Shown one piece after another: positions 1 through 13,797 of a stretch of 64,000 nucleotides of DNA. The notes below the pieces were generated by a model. That model saw nothing but the letters and a program-made list of their open reading frames with translations, searched no databases and was not told where the DNA came from. Position numbers and translations under genes: made by a program. The stretch is from NCBI RefSeq assembly GCF_009914755.1, contig NC_060928.1. One strand, written 5' to 3'. The stretch comes from the human T2T-CHM13v2.0 reference genome, Homo sapiens. The first letter of the stretch is position 1, and each line of letters opens with the position of its first letter.

Positions 1-326
<326 letters not shown>

Positions 327-425
327 TCACTCTAAGGACAGTGGCTGAGGATTACCCTTTCCCACTTATTGGACAATCACTGACTAAAATTTTAGGTCCT
401 AGTGCACCTGTATTAAACTTTAGAG

Positions 426-560
426 CTATGCTGTCCGGTATAGCCACTAGCCACATGTGACTATTGAGATTCAGTTTAAATTAAATTTGCTTAGTTACAC
501 TGCCACATTTCAAGTGCTCAATCGCTAAATGTGACTAGCGACTGCCATACCAGACAGTGA
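426..560. mobile_element. MER3/MER33-like hAT-Charlie DNA transposon relic
   Basis: gctgtcc..tagccactagccacatgtgactattgag with an inverted counterpart ctcaatcgctaaatgtgactagcgactgcc..agacag. Confidence 0.7.
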
Positions 561-1339
561 CGTCCTAGGCAAGGATGAATCCATACTTTTCTTCCTTTGA
601 ATAAAAGGCTTTGGTTTTCTAATTGTATGATGCACTCATTTTTTGCTCTTGCTTGTAAAAGCTACATTTGGCAGGGATTTCACTAGCTTGAGCCATGATT
701 TTGTTTCTAAAATTGAGCAGCTCCCATCAGTACTAAAAAAACAGTCAAGAATCAAGGATCGGGAACCTATTTCACTCACTCCATTCCTGCCGTGAATGTC
801 TGGAAGCTATACTTAGCTATGTTTCTGTATGTATGTACACACACACTGCTATATACATCTGAACAACCACAGCAGCAGCAAACTGAAAGCAGGAGTGCTG
901 TCTTCACTGCCTCGGGAATGCCTCAGAATCTTTCTGCTTAAAGCATAGCAAATCACTTTTGATTGTGAACACTCTTCTGTTTCATTTCCTGATCATCTTT
1001 CTCCTGCTTTCCCCACAAAGGTCTGCTATTGTATATCTGTATAATAAAATAAAATTATTTGTAAGAATTGTATTCTTTTAGCTACTAGCTATCCCTCTGG
1101 GATGTTGTTAACCTGCCAGAAATTTTACAACTAAAAACAGTTACGATACCTTTTATTCATTCTTAGTCTTGACTTTTCTGACGTGATGTTTTAAATTCTT
1201 TCAATCAGTGATCTTAGAGATAGGGCAGTTTTTGTTTTTATCTGCCACTTTTATCCTTGCAGCATGCATTGGAGTTCACTGCAGACACTTTTTCTCAAAC
1301 AGGAGATTGGGCAACCTTGAGTCCCCAAAAGGAACTTAC

Positions 1340-1389
1340 CTGTCAGCTCAGGCTCTGGACCTGCTTAAAGCTTGAGACACAGGAGGGCC
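1340..1389 (-). ncRNA. Candidate 50-nt non-coding internal exon
   Basis: - strand: ttttattctctctctcttgctcAG acceptor, 50-nt exon, CAG|GTAAGT donor; stop codons in all three frames. Confidence 0.55.
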
Positions 1390-1649
1390 CTGAGCAAGAG
1401 AGAGAGAATAAAACTATCAGTTAAGTAGGAATGATAAACAAGGTTCCATTCCACATGTGGGAGATGGCCTGGCAGTAGCTGCTGGAACGCAGGGTTGAGA
1501 GAGAAGTACTGACAGAAGAGGATTCTTCGGGTGGAAGTGCAGAGTCAGCTGGTGATGGCTACAGGAGAGGGCAGCTCCCAGCCTGTGCCGTGGCCATCCC
1601 CAGGTGCAAGTGAAGAAAGAAAGAGGTGGGGTGAAAGGAGGAGAATCAC

Positions 1650-2800
1650 CATATCACCATTTTTATTTTGATGCTTACACTCATTTATTCTGTTTTTGTA
1701 AAACAGTTTCAAGAATTTAAAAATCCTTCCAGTTAATAGAGCTTTTGTTATTATATTATAATTTTGTAAACCCACTTTGTTTTTCCCACTTTAAAGCCAC
1801 AGGGTCGACTCATGGATGATACCTCTATTGCTGCTGCATGATGTTCAAGACCGGCCCTTGGCTGTTGTTACAGAGATGTTGGGCAGAGCTATGCAGGTGT
1901 TTCATTGTGAACTCTAGCTTTGATCATGGTAAAAAGTTAACCTTTTCTATTTTTTAATGGATGTTATACCAACTATTCAGAGGAACTCATACTTCAAAAA
2001 TATTAGGAAAATCTGTCTTATAGTTTCTCTAATAAATATCTGAAATCTCAGTACGACATGAAAGAATGTCAGACCATTGTTATTGTTGAAAGTCATTTGA
2101 TGAATGGTAAATTCTATGAAAAGTAAGTGATTTGCATGTATAATATCAGGAAAATTAAGCATCCCAAGTGTGACTGGACAAAGAGAGCAGATGCACCAGT
2201 GCCTGTGCCATAAAGTTCCGAATCCCCCATGTGTCTCTTTCAGAGCTGGCCAGACCGGAAATAAATCATTCTCATAAATTCAGTGTGTACTCAGAACACA
2301 TACACAACAACATAGGGAGTTGTATGACTGATACGGAAAACTTCCAGAAAGTTTTAATCAAAGCAGTTTAATTAAGGTATCAAAAATATCTTTGCTTACT
2401 ATCAAGAAGTGTCAAATAGGTTCAGCTTGCTGCCAAAATATGGATCATTTATGAAGCAGGTTCATATTTTAGAGGTGTTAATAAAATCCTCATCGGAAAA
2501 GATCCAAAGTGCAAGGATTTGATTATAAACATAATTTCCTAGACTGAAAGTTTTTGGAAAAGATGCAGGGTCTGAGTCAGGCCTTCTGGTTATATTGTGC
2601 AGTTTCAAAAGAACTATTTAAAACTCTTGAAAACTCATGTAAATAAAAATCATAGGGTGAAAATTGTATTTGTTAAAATACCTTAATAATTTAAAATGAC
2701 CTGATTTCCTGGAAAATTTTATTATTCAAAAGGTGGAGGCATTGTAAAAAGGAAATAGTGATGTAAATAAACATGTTCTCTTTCAAGTATGCTTGTCTGT
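1650..2800 (+). other. 3'UTR-like terminal region of an unidentified upstream gene
   Basis: AT-rich with no recognised repeat; several AATAAA, including 2642-2647 and 2766-2771, each directly after TGTA. Confidence 0.4.
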
Positions 2801-2830
2801 CTCTATCTTTTATTTTGAGCTTGTTTGATT
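2762..2830 (+). terminator. Candidate polyadenylation site
   Basis: TGTA-AATAAA (2762-2771) followed by GT/T-rich gcttgtctgtctctatcttttattttg. Confidence 0.5.
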
Positions 2831-3009
2831 TCAGCTTCATGGAACAGCTTTTACTAAGAACACTGTTGCATGAGATGCAATGGCAAGCACAGGATTGAAA
2901 ATTGGGCTGTGTTCTAGAACTGGCTCTGGTAACATTATGTGAGAGTTGGACAGTGCTATCTTGGGAGGACATGAGCTCCCTGTTGTAACATGGCTTTTCA
3001 GGTAGAGGC

Positions 3010-3240
3010 CATGGAGCATGACTCTAGAGTCCAGCTGTCTAGGATCAAATCCCTCCTCTGCTGCTTTTGTCTGGGTGACGTTGTTCAAGTTCCTTACCCT
3101 CTGTGTATCTCAGCGTTCTTGTATATAAGATGTAAATAACACCCATCTTATAGGCTTGTTATGAAGGATGATATAGATTCATACATGAGAAGAGCTTGGA
3201 ACAGTGCCAGACCCAAAGTTATGTATGAGGGTGCTCAGCC
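3010..3240 (+). mobile_element. MIR
   Basis: ggatcaaatccctcctctgc..gggtgacgttgttcaagttccttaccctctgtg..gcttggaacagtgcc. Confidence 0.75.
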
Positions 3241-4957
3241 AGTGTCATCTATATTTTTATGGGAAGGCTGAAGAGGGTATTCACTTTTCTACTGGAGAGT
3301 TCCATGTTATCAGAATTTGTTGATACATTTTACATAATTTACTACATATATGAGTATACACGTGTATGTAAATACGTGAAACTATAAACAAGTTTCATAG
3401 AAGAATGCATTCTGTGTACTCTTACATATTTTGTATCCTACTCTGTTTTGTTAAAAAACATCCCTGGTTATAAACCTGATGAATTGATTTCATGACCCAC
3501 TAATAGGATGTAAAGTGCGGTTTGAAAAATACTGGACCAAGATCTTGAAGGTGCTGTTGAATTCTAAGATGGTCTGACGCAGTGCTTACATAATAAAGAT
3601 CCCATGTGTTAACACTGCCATTGTCAAACGAAGTACATGTTTGAACAGTGGGTCACTGACATGCACTTTAAAATGATCAACATGGATGGCAGTGGGATTT
3701 GTGTACCTGTGCGCGCTTCTGTACGGATATCAAACAGGTCTTTTTCTTCTTGATCTTTCTTAGAGTTGGCAATAGAGTAAGCCTTTCTCAACCAGGAATT
3801 CTCCCATATCACAAATTCTACTGTGAGTATATTCTGTCTACCTATTTTGAAACTGAAAATTTTGATTCAACAATACATGAAGTCATCATCTACCCTGGGT
3901 TCTAAACTCAGAACTGTTACAGTGTTGCAGGAGCTCTTCATTCACTGAGGCTCCGAGTGTCAGGGAGGACCTCACCCTCTTTCTCCCTGCCTCTGCCAGC
4001 AGCCACGACCATCTGTCCCTCATGAGAACGTCTGCCTTCTGTCTTTGTACGTTTGGTTCTCAACATTGCTGTCTGCCAGTGTTCGCACCATCCAGGGATA
4101 CAGTTTTTTAAATAAAGTGTTATAAATTGTGGGGGAGGTGTGTATAAAAGTTTAACTCGTATACATGATGCGATAAGCACTGGTGGATAATCCAAATATT
4201 ACCAAAAGGAGCATGCAGATGGTAATGTCTTTGGGAAGGACAAAGTTATTAATTTGCTTAGTTTTATATCTTTGTGATCCTTCAACTTGCAAATTTGATC
4301 CCTTCAACTCAGTTTTCCTCATAATGTCTTTAGTTCTCTATCTTTGAATTCTTATGAGAATGAAGAGGTTTTACAGAGCATGGCTCTTCACGTTTTTCAG
4401 AATGTCTTCACATTACTTGGAGATTCATTATTTTTGTTCGAATTCAGTCATTTCTTTCATGGACCATGTTATATTTCCACCCAGAATATAAAAAGCCCCC
4501 CAGTTGATACTCTGAAATAATAGCTGTGAAGAATTCCAAGCTGTAATTTCCATGTTGGTGTTGTAAGGAGAAAGGGAGCGCTGTTAAGGAAAGGACAGCA
4601 AGCAGACAAGCGAAGTTCGCCTTTTAATGGGGAGGGTCCCTGCCGCCCCAGCAAATACCCTTCTGAAGCCTCCTCACCTGGCCTTAAAATTCAGAAAAGG
4701 CACCCAAAGTGTCCCAACTCAGTTTAAAAGTTAGACATGGGTTGCATTATTTAATGGTAGAGTGGATAAATAGCAGTGACAGTAACTTTCAAAGCAGTTA
4801 CGTGCATGCAGCATTAGTAATTAGAGATGGTCCAACAAATGTGTGATAACCAAATAGAAATGTATACATTATCTCATCTCCTCAGTTTTTCATGCCATAT
4901 GGATTCACCCCACAGGACTAAATCTTCTCTAGCTAAAGCATTATGAGTGAATGCTAA

Positions 4958-5410
<453 letters not shown>

Positions 5411-6007
5411 ATACTCATGCCATTCTTTGGTGACCATAACCATACCATTTATTTTAGCAAGTGATGCCATTCTCAGACATACCTACTGAAGAGCTCCATA
5501 AAATTCACTAAATGAGTATAAAATTCCATGTTTTTCATGAAAAAAAATGCATAGTTCCATTATATTCAAGTTTTCCTTAAAGATCAAATTGGTGAAAAAA
5601 CATTCCCTTCCACTCGATTTACTTATGTCTGCAAAAGGAGAAGACGATCACAAGGCCTTATTGTTTCTGCTTTCTGAAGCATGTTTTACTAGAGGGGAAA
5701 GTAGAACCAAGGTCAAAACTGCCACGCATGTCCACTCAGGGTGCACTGCCTGAGTTAGCCCTGCTTTGCAGGGAGCTGTGTTAAAAGGGAAAAATCTCAA
5801 ACTGCCGAGTACCCTTGCATTTCAAGGTCTGTGTACCATCCAAGTTATACTCCAAGCAACTTTTTTTTCTTTTTTTACTATGCTCACTCCAGTTTTTTTT
5901 TTTATCATTTCTATTTTCTCTCCATTGAAAGAACACAAAACTCATAGTAACCTTGAAATTGGTTTTTTATTTACAGAATACACCCTTATCCAAAATGTAT
6001 CAACATG

Positions 6008-6311
6008 AGGCAGAGCGCGGTGGCTCATGCCTGTAATCCCAGCACTTTGGGAGGCTGAGGTGGGCGGGTCATTTGAGCCCAGGAGTTCAAGACAAGCCTG
6101 GGCAACATGGCAAATCCCCGTCTCTACTAAAAATACAAAAAATTAGCCGGACGTGGTGGCTCGTGCCTCTAGTCCTGTAGTCTCAGCTACTCGGGGAGCT
6201 TAGGTGGGAGGATCACTCGAACCTGGGAAGTCAAGGCTGTAGTGAGCCATGATCACACCACCACACTCCAGCCCGGGTGACAGAGCGAGATCCCGTTTCA
6301 GGAAAAAAAAA
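6008..6311 (+). mobile_element. Alu (older, J/S-like)
   Basis: Dimeric Alu with A tail. Confidence 0.93.
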
Positions 6312-6399
6312 TAGTATCATCATGCATGGTAAATGGAAACTTACAAATATTACCTTGTTAGGTTGGTCAGGATTTCTAAACTATCTTTCCCAAATGATC

Positions 6400-7160
6400 A
6401 TTGCTAACATTTATTGAGTAATGTGATGTGCCACATGGGTATGTTTTTATCTCATATAATACTCATAAAAGCTCAATGTGGTTTTAGGTACTCTTATTAT
6501 TCCCATTTTGAAGATGTGAAAGCTGAGGCGCAGAAAGGTTAAGTAACTTGCCCAGTGTTCTGGTTATCCATTGCTACAAAACAAATCTGCCCAATGTTTA
6601 ATAGCTTAAAACAACCATCATTATCTTTATGGTTTCAGTGGGGCAGGAATTTGGGAACAACTCAGATGGACAGTTCTGGCTTGGGGTCACTCATGCAGTT
6701 GTAGTCAAACAGTAGCTGGAGTTAGAATAGGACCAACTGTGAGAACCAGGGGAACCGAGGCAGCTTGGAGCTAGCCAGGCACCTCTATTTAGTTAGGGTC
6801 GCTCTATGTGTTCACTGGGATTCCTCACAGCATGGCCGGCTGAAGGTGGCTGGACTGCTTACCTGGCAGCTCAAACCTCCAGTGAGAATGGAACCAGCAA
6901 GGGAAGCTGCATCACCTTTTTTGACCTTGCCTTCAATAACACATAATGTCACTGCTAGGGTCACAGTCCACCCAGATTCAAGGGGAGGGAACACAAACTA
7001 TAAATGTCACCTCTTGAGGGGGAAATGGCCTCATCCAGAAGGTACAGGACAGGAGGTATTATTGCCTCCATCTTTGGAAAACAAAATCTGCTGTACCCAG
7101 TGACATGGCAAGTGGGAGTAGAGCTGGGACTGTCATCAAGGTACTGTCCTGCAGAGGCCG
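6400..7160 (-). mobile_element. MIR split by an MLT1 LTR
   Basis: cccattttgaagatgtgaaagctgaggcgcagaaaggttaagtaacttgcccag, resuming at 7101 with tgacatggcaagtgggagtagagctggga. Confidence 0.75.
6556..7095. mobile_element. MLT1-family (ERVL-MaLR) solo LTR
   Basis: tgttctggttatccattgct..gcttaaaacaac..gccatctttgg-like end; flanked by 5-bp direct repeat cccag (6551-6555 and 7096-7100). Confidence 0.75.
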
Positions 7161-7277
7161 CAACACTACACAGCCACCATTCTAATGCTGCCAGGGCTTA
7201 GTCCTAAATAAATTTGTCTTGAGCTAAATTATGTATGCCTGAAGTACTAGGCATTTTTATGAATTAAGATCTTTCCA

Positions 7278-7570
7278 TGCCTGGGTCTCCATGGCTGAAG
7301 CCTCTAATCCCAAAATTTTGGGAGTCTGAGAGGTAAGGATCGCTTGAGGCTAGGAGTTTGAGACCAGCCTGGGCTAGCAAGCCCCTGTCTCCACACAAAA
7401 CAGAAAAATTAGCCAGGAGTGGTGGTGCCCCCCTGCTACTCTGGAGGCTGAGGCAGGAGGATCACTTGAACCCAGGACGTGGGGCCGCAGTGAGTCATGA
7501 TTGCACCACTGCACTCCAGCCTGGGCGACAGAGAGCCTGTCTCTAAAAAAAAAAAAAAAAAAAAAAAAAA
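7278..7570 (+). mobile_element. Alu (AluJ-like)
   Basis: Diverged dimeric Alu with long A tail. Confidence 0.9.
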
Positions 7571-7609
7571 TTCTTTCATTCTGTGACAGTAAATCTATTG
7601 CCCTCAATT

Positions 7610-8320
7610 ACACAAATTTATTCCAAGTATTTACTGTGGGCCTACTGTGGGCCAGTTTGTGGGCTGGTTGCTGTGGCCATAAAGGAATCCCTATTCCTGA
7701 AGACCAGTGGTCCAGCAGGAGACACTGCCACGGCAGCAGGTTCTGACACAGTGTGGTCAGTGCCATGGAAATGGGCACAAGACTAGTAAGTGATGGGATG
7801 TCTGGGATTTCCTTTAACATACCTGAAAAGAAACAAAATAACCAGATTGGAGAGAAATGGATGAAACAAGATTTGAAAAATGTTGATAACATTAAAGATG
7901 GGTGGGCCTGGGGGCTTTGCCATTCACTCTCCTTTTGGGTATGTCTGGAAATTTCCATAATAAAAAAATAACAAAGGATACAAGGTAGACAGGAGCCCCA
8001 GGGAAGGATTAACTTTATTATAGAGTATGAGGAGGAAGCTGCGGGGAGGTAGGGCTTCCTCAAGGAGGGACATTGACATTGGAGTTGTTTTTGTTTTTGT
8101 GTTCATAATAAAATGATTCTGTGCTTTTGTTGTGTGGGAATGCATTTCCATCATCCATGAACAGATAATGTTATGTGAACTGGATTTTGGAGGACATAGA
8201 AACGTTTGTAAAATAAACAGATCAAGGAAGAGCTTTCCAGGTGATGAAAGGGACTGTTGGCATGCACCCCTGCGGCACCCTGGCATGCCAGTGCTTTGAA
8301 CATAGACAGACTTGTCCACT
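7610..8320. mobile_element. L2 fragments interrupted by an old L1M 3' end (about 7790-7970)
   Basis: L2-like caagtatttactgtgggcctactgtgggccag; L1M-like gtatgtctggaaatttccataataaaaaa. Confidence 0.5.
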
Positions 8321-8642
8321 GTTGAGTAAACCTAACCTTTATTTTTTTCTTCCTTAGATATTCAGTGATAAGAGAATGGTGAGCAGGGGATGAAACTCAC
8401 TTAAAAATGCAAGCGCGCTTGCTGCTGTCTCCCTGCACCTCTGCAGAGCAGGGCTTCTCTCCCGGAGCTTTTGGAGGAAGCTGGTCTTCTTTTTGGTAAT
8501 GCTCATCAGCTTGAAGAACCGTAGTCTGAAAAAATATTTGATCTTGGAGAATAATTCAAAATCACTATCTCAACAAAGGACTGAATTCCAAATGCCAAAT
8601 TTAACAGGAACAGTTCATAAACCCTTTATTCAAGATGAAATA

Positions 8643-8964
<322 letters not shown>

Positions 8965-9830
8965 TCATAGGATGGGAGGGGCTCCGTAATAGCTTTTTAA
9001 AATCAAACAGCTGATTTTTTTTTAATCAAAGGTATTAGTGACACCATTTGGTCAGACTACATTTACGATATTCTCTCCACTTCTGATTGCCATCCTTTAT
9101 TTCATTTTACTTTTTTATTGTGACCATTTCCGAACAGACACAAAAGTAGAGACTGTTACACACTTCCATGCTTATACTCAGCTTCAGCCATTAATGCCTT
9201 GCCCTCTACCATCCATCCTCCCTACCTCATTTCACCAGAAAGAAAAGGACTTTTAAAATCACACAACCACAATGCATTATTACATCTAATCAATTATTTC
9301 TTTACATTGTCTAGTATAACATATTCAATTTTCCCTAAGTCTTTTTACAGTTGGCTTGTTTGAATATGGATCCAAACAAGGTCCATCATTATATTGTTTC
9401 ATTTCATGTAGAACAGTCCCGTCCCCCTTTATATCCCCTATTGACTTGATGAAGAAATGGGTCAGTTGTTTTGTAAAATATCCCACATTCGGGGTTTAGT
9501 TAATTGCAACCCCAGGGTGTTTATGTAACTTGTTCCTCTATCTACTGTTTTTCCAATGGACTGGGAGTTAGAGTTACAAGCTAGCCTGAGCTCAAATTCT
9601 TTCTCCTTCTCATCCTCCCTCCAGTTCTTCTCTCCTCTACTTCCTTCCTTTCACCCTCCTTCTCTCTCCCTCACTCCTTCCTTCCATCTTTCCTTTTTTT
9701 TTTTTTTTTTCAGAATAAGGCTATTTCATAGGTGATATTTCCCATCACCACACTTCTGTCTCGTCTCGCTTTTCGTGGTAAGACTGATCAATGGGTTTAG
9801 AGGATGGCAGCCTAATTCCTTTATCATAAG

Positions 9831-9913
9831 GTTCAGCTAAACAGCCATCGATGCAATTGTCTGAATTGAATGACGCTCATTGCATTGACGCATTGATCGC
9901 TGTTTAGCTGAAC
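9831..9913. repeat. Inverted repeat / hairpin
   Basis: gttcagctaaacagc (9831-9845) is the exact reverse complement of 9899-9913; extends to 24 bp with 2 mismatches. Confidence 0.9.
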
Positions 9914-10173
9914 TGTATATTTAACTTAAATGTTTTAAAATTAGAAGTTTTTCAATTGGAAGTTGCAAAATGTAATTAAAGAATGCTATTCTGCATTCAT
10001 TGACTGGAATTCTTAGAGAATTTTTTTTCCTCATCCACTAGGTCTATTTAATTACCCTACAATATAGTTCCTACAGCAAAGAGAACTTTTTTTCTTAATT
10101 CAGCCCATCAGACAAGGAAGCAAAGATAATTTTTAATAACCTAATTCCTTCTCTTTATTTGTAATTTTCTTCC

Positions 10174-10474
10174 TTTTTTTTTTTTTTTTTTGAGACGAGC
10201 CTAACTCTGTCACCCAGATGGGAGTGCAGTGGCATGATTTTGGCTCGCTGCAACCCCCGCCTCCCGGGTTCAAGTGATTCTCCTGCCTCAGCCTCCCAAG
10301 AGTAGCTGGGATTACAGGCGCGCACCACCAAGCCCCGCTAATCTTTGTATTTTTAGTAGAGACGGGGTTTCACCAGGATGGCCAGGCTGGTCTCGAACCC
10401 CTGGGCTCTAGTGATCTGCCCGCCTCAGCCTCCGAAAGTGCTGAGATTACAGGAGTGAGCCCCAGCGGCCGGCC
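10174..10474 (-). mobile_element. Alu (AluS-like)
   Basis: polyT plus reverse Alu body; degenerate TSD ctct.tattt.taattttc. Confidence 0.95.
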
Positions 10475-11147
10475 TCTGTATTTTTAATTTTCAGTGTAAC
10501 GAGTTGGTGGCCCTCCTATCTCTAATGTTATCCCAGAGCTTCGGTGTTTGTGCTTCGTGCCCTCTCCGTTTCTCCCCTGTTCTTATGGAATAATGATGTG
10601 CATTAGGAGCCTGGGGTCAGGAGTCCAAGGTTAGGGTGAGGGCTTTCCCGTGGTGTTGGCAGCAGCTGGCGCCTGCGCCCTCCGTGCAGGAGAGCAGCTC
10701 CCTCCAGCGGCTTCCCTCGCGCTTTGTGCCTTGCCCACCGCTCAGACGCTCTGCTCTGAAAAGTAAAGTTCACAAGGTATCTTCAGCTGCAAGGATAAAA
10801 TCAAGAAGACAACTTCAAACACAACCTTTATCAACTTAAAATCAATATTAATGTACGAATGGTCCGAATGGTCACCTTGGGAAATCAGTGAAAGGGCCTG
10901 ACATGGAGAAGAGATTAAATTATGTTTAATAAATGTTCATTTTATGTTCATTCTTTGAAAACGGGCACTCATTGAGTGACAGATCTTTTACCACACACAA
11001 ACACTAACAGATACGCGTAACTGCGCCCTGCGACATTTTATTTTCCGGCTGCTCCCCCTCCGCTGTCAGGTGGGCAGTGTCCACGGTGCTTAGGGGAACA
11101 GGAGGGGTTCCGGTGCTGCTTCCCTTCCGTGCACAGAAAATCCACCC

Positions 11148-11905
<758 letters not shown>

Positions 11906-11949
11906 AACAAAAGAGGAAACAAACAAACAAAAAACCTACACCAGCCCAG

Positions 11950-12480
11950 CCTCTCTAGCGAGGCTCACCCGCCCGCCCGGCCCCCGCACCCGGTCTCGGC
12001 TTCTCTGGCCAGGCCGCGGGGCCGTTCGGCGCGGGGCGGGGCGTCGGGGAGTTTCCGCAGCGGTTAGACCGGCCAGGGGACCTCGGGACAATGAGCCTTT
12101 CTGTTTTAAAGCCGGAACCCAGCCGGGCCGCGCCGCGAGGAGGCTCCCCTGAGGCTGGCAGGAGAGACCTGCAGAAACTCGTGCGCGCCGAGCGAGGCGG
12201 GCGCCCTGGGGCTGGGGCACGCGGCCGGCGGGGGCCGCCAGGGAGCGGCCGTGGCGGGACCAGGACTACGGTGCGCCCCGCCGCCGCCAGCACCCGCCTT
12301 GGGAAGCCCGTCCGACGCGTACGCTGCAGGGGCCTTCAATAGGGGCTGTCGCCACCTGCACCCGCGCCGCTGCGGTTCGCAGGAAACTCCTGTGGCTTTT
12401 CGGAAGCACAATGCAGAACGCCCGGTGAGGGTTTGCAAAGCCGCCCTGGGAGATGCCGCAGTGTGAAACCTTTACGGTTG
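11950..12480. promoter_or_regulatory. CpG island / probable promoter, possibly bidirectional
   Basis: Very GC- and CpG-rich unique sequence; GC box ggggcggggc at 12033-12042; donor-like sites on - (CGG|GTGAGC at 11969/11968) and + (GAA|GTGAGT at 12709/12710). Confidence 0.8.
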
Positions 12481-12656
12481 CACCTGGCCTCTCTGCTGCA
12501 TCTGGCCTGTCTGCTGCACCTGGCCTCTCTGCCCCACCTGGCCTCTCTGCCCCACCTGGCCTCTCTGCTGCATCTGGCCTCTGCTGCGCCTGGCCTGTCT
12601 GCTGCATCTGGCGCCTGTTGCACCTGGCCTCTTGGCTGCAACTGGCCTCTCAGCTG
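12481..12656 (+). repeat. 18-bp minisatellite, about 10 units, consensus caYctggcctctctgctg
   Basis: Units read directly: eight of 18 bp and two of 16 bp. Confidence 0.92.
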
Positions 12657-13060
12657 CGCCTCTTTGTTGCCTCTGCAAACTCGGGTGCCCTGGAGCTTCC
12701 TACCCAGAAGTGAGTGCCGTGCACACTGCAGGTGCGAGGTGCCCCTCCTTCTGTCTGTTCTGTTTGGTTTGGCAGATGACAGCACTCTCAGTGGGGCCTG
12801 AAACCTTGACAGTCATGGCTTTCTTTGTAAGGACTCTCTTCCTTCATTAAATCGCTTGTATTTGGATTACAGAGATCTGTCATAAAGAGATTCAGTACTT
12901 AATAATAACGTGGGGAAAGGATCACCAGGTACTGTTAAGAAAAAAGCAAGGACAGAACAGTGAATACGGTAATGATCTTGTTTCGTAATACAAAACAAAA
13001 CAGACACTATGCAAATACAAACCCAAAGGAAAATGATCATGCATAAAAATACTGTTTTTG

Positions 13061-13340
13061 GGCCGGGGGCTGTGGCCCATGCCTATAATCCCAGCACTTT
13101 GGGAGGCCAAGGCAGGAGGATCACTTGAGTCCAGGAGTTCAAGATCAGCCTCGGCAACAAAGCGTGACTTCGTCTCTACAAAAATTAAAAAGAAATTAGC
13201 CAGGCGCTGGTGTGGGCCTGTAGTCTCGGCTACTTGAAAGGCTGAGGTATGAGGATTGCTGGAGCCCAGGAGGTCAAGGCTGCATTGAGCTATGATTGTG
13301 CCACTGCACTCTAGGCTGGGCGACAGAGCTGGGCCCCATC
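13061..13340 (+). mobile_element. Alu (AluJ-like)
   Basis: Diverged dimeric Alu. Confidence 0.92.
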
Positions 13341-13505
13341 TCTCTCTCTCTCTAGAAAGATAGTTTTTGGATTGTTGGATTGTACAGGTGATAATAATTT
13401 TCTTTATTTTACTTATCTGTTCCGAATAGTTTTCCACAGTAAACATGTTTTTTTTTCTAAGAAGAAGGGATAATAAATGTTTATTTTTTGAAAGGAACAT
13501 AGATC

Positions 13506-13797
13506 GGCTGGGCGTGGTGGCTCACGCCTGTAATCCCAGCACTTTGGGAGGCGGAGGCGGGCAGATCACGAGATCAGAAGACCAGCCTGGCCAATGTGGT
13601 GAAACCCCGTCACTACTAAAAATAAAAAAAAATTAGCTAGGCACGGTGGCACACACCTGTTGTCCCAGTTACTCGGGAGGCTGAGGCAGGAGAATTACTT
13701 GAACCGGGAGGCGGAGGTTGCAGTGAGCCGAGATGGTGCCACTGCACTCCAGCCTGGGCAACAGAATGAGACTCCATCTCAAAAAAATAAATCAATA
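13506..13797 (+). mobile_element. Alu (AluS-like)
   Basis: TSD aaaggaacatagatc (13491-13505 and 13798-13812). Confidence 0.95.

Noticed and set aside
1650-2800. Naming the gene that owns the 3'UTR-like region
   Set aside because: No coding exon is visible and I do not recognise the sequence; a genome alignment is needed.
12481-12656. Short regular repeats as a CRISPR-like array
   Set aside because: Units are head-to-tail with no unique spacers, in a mammalian context.
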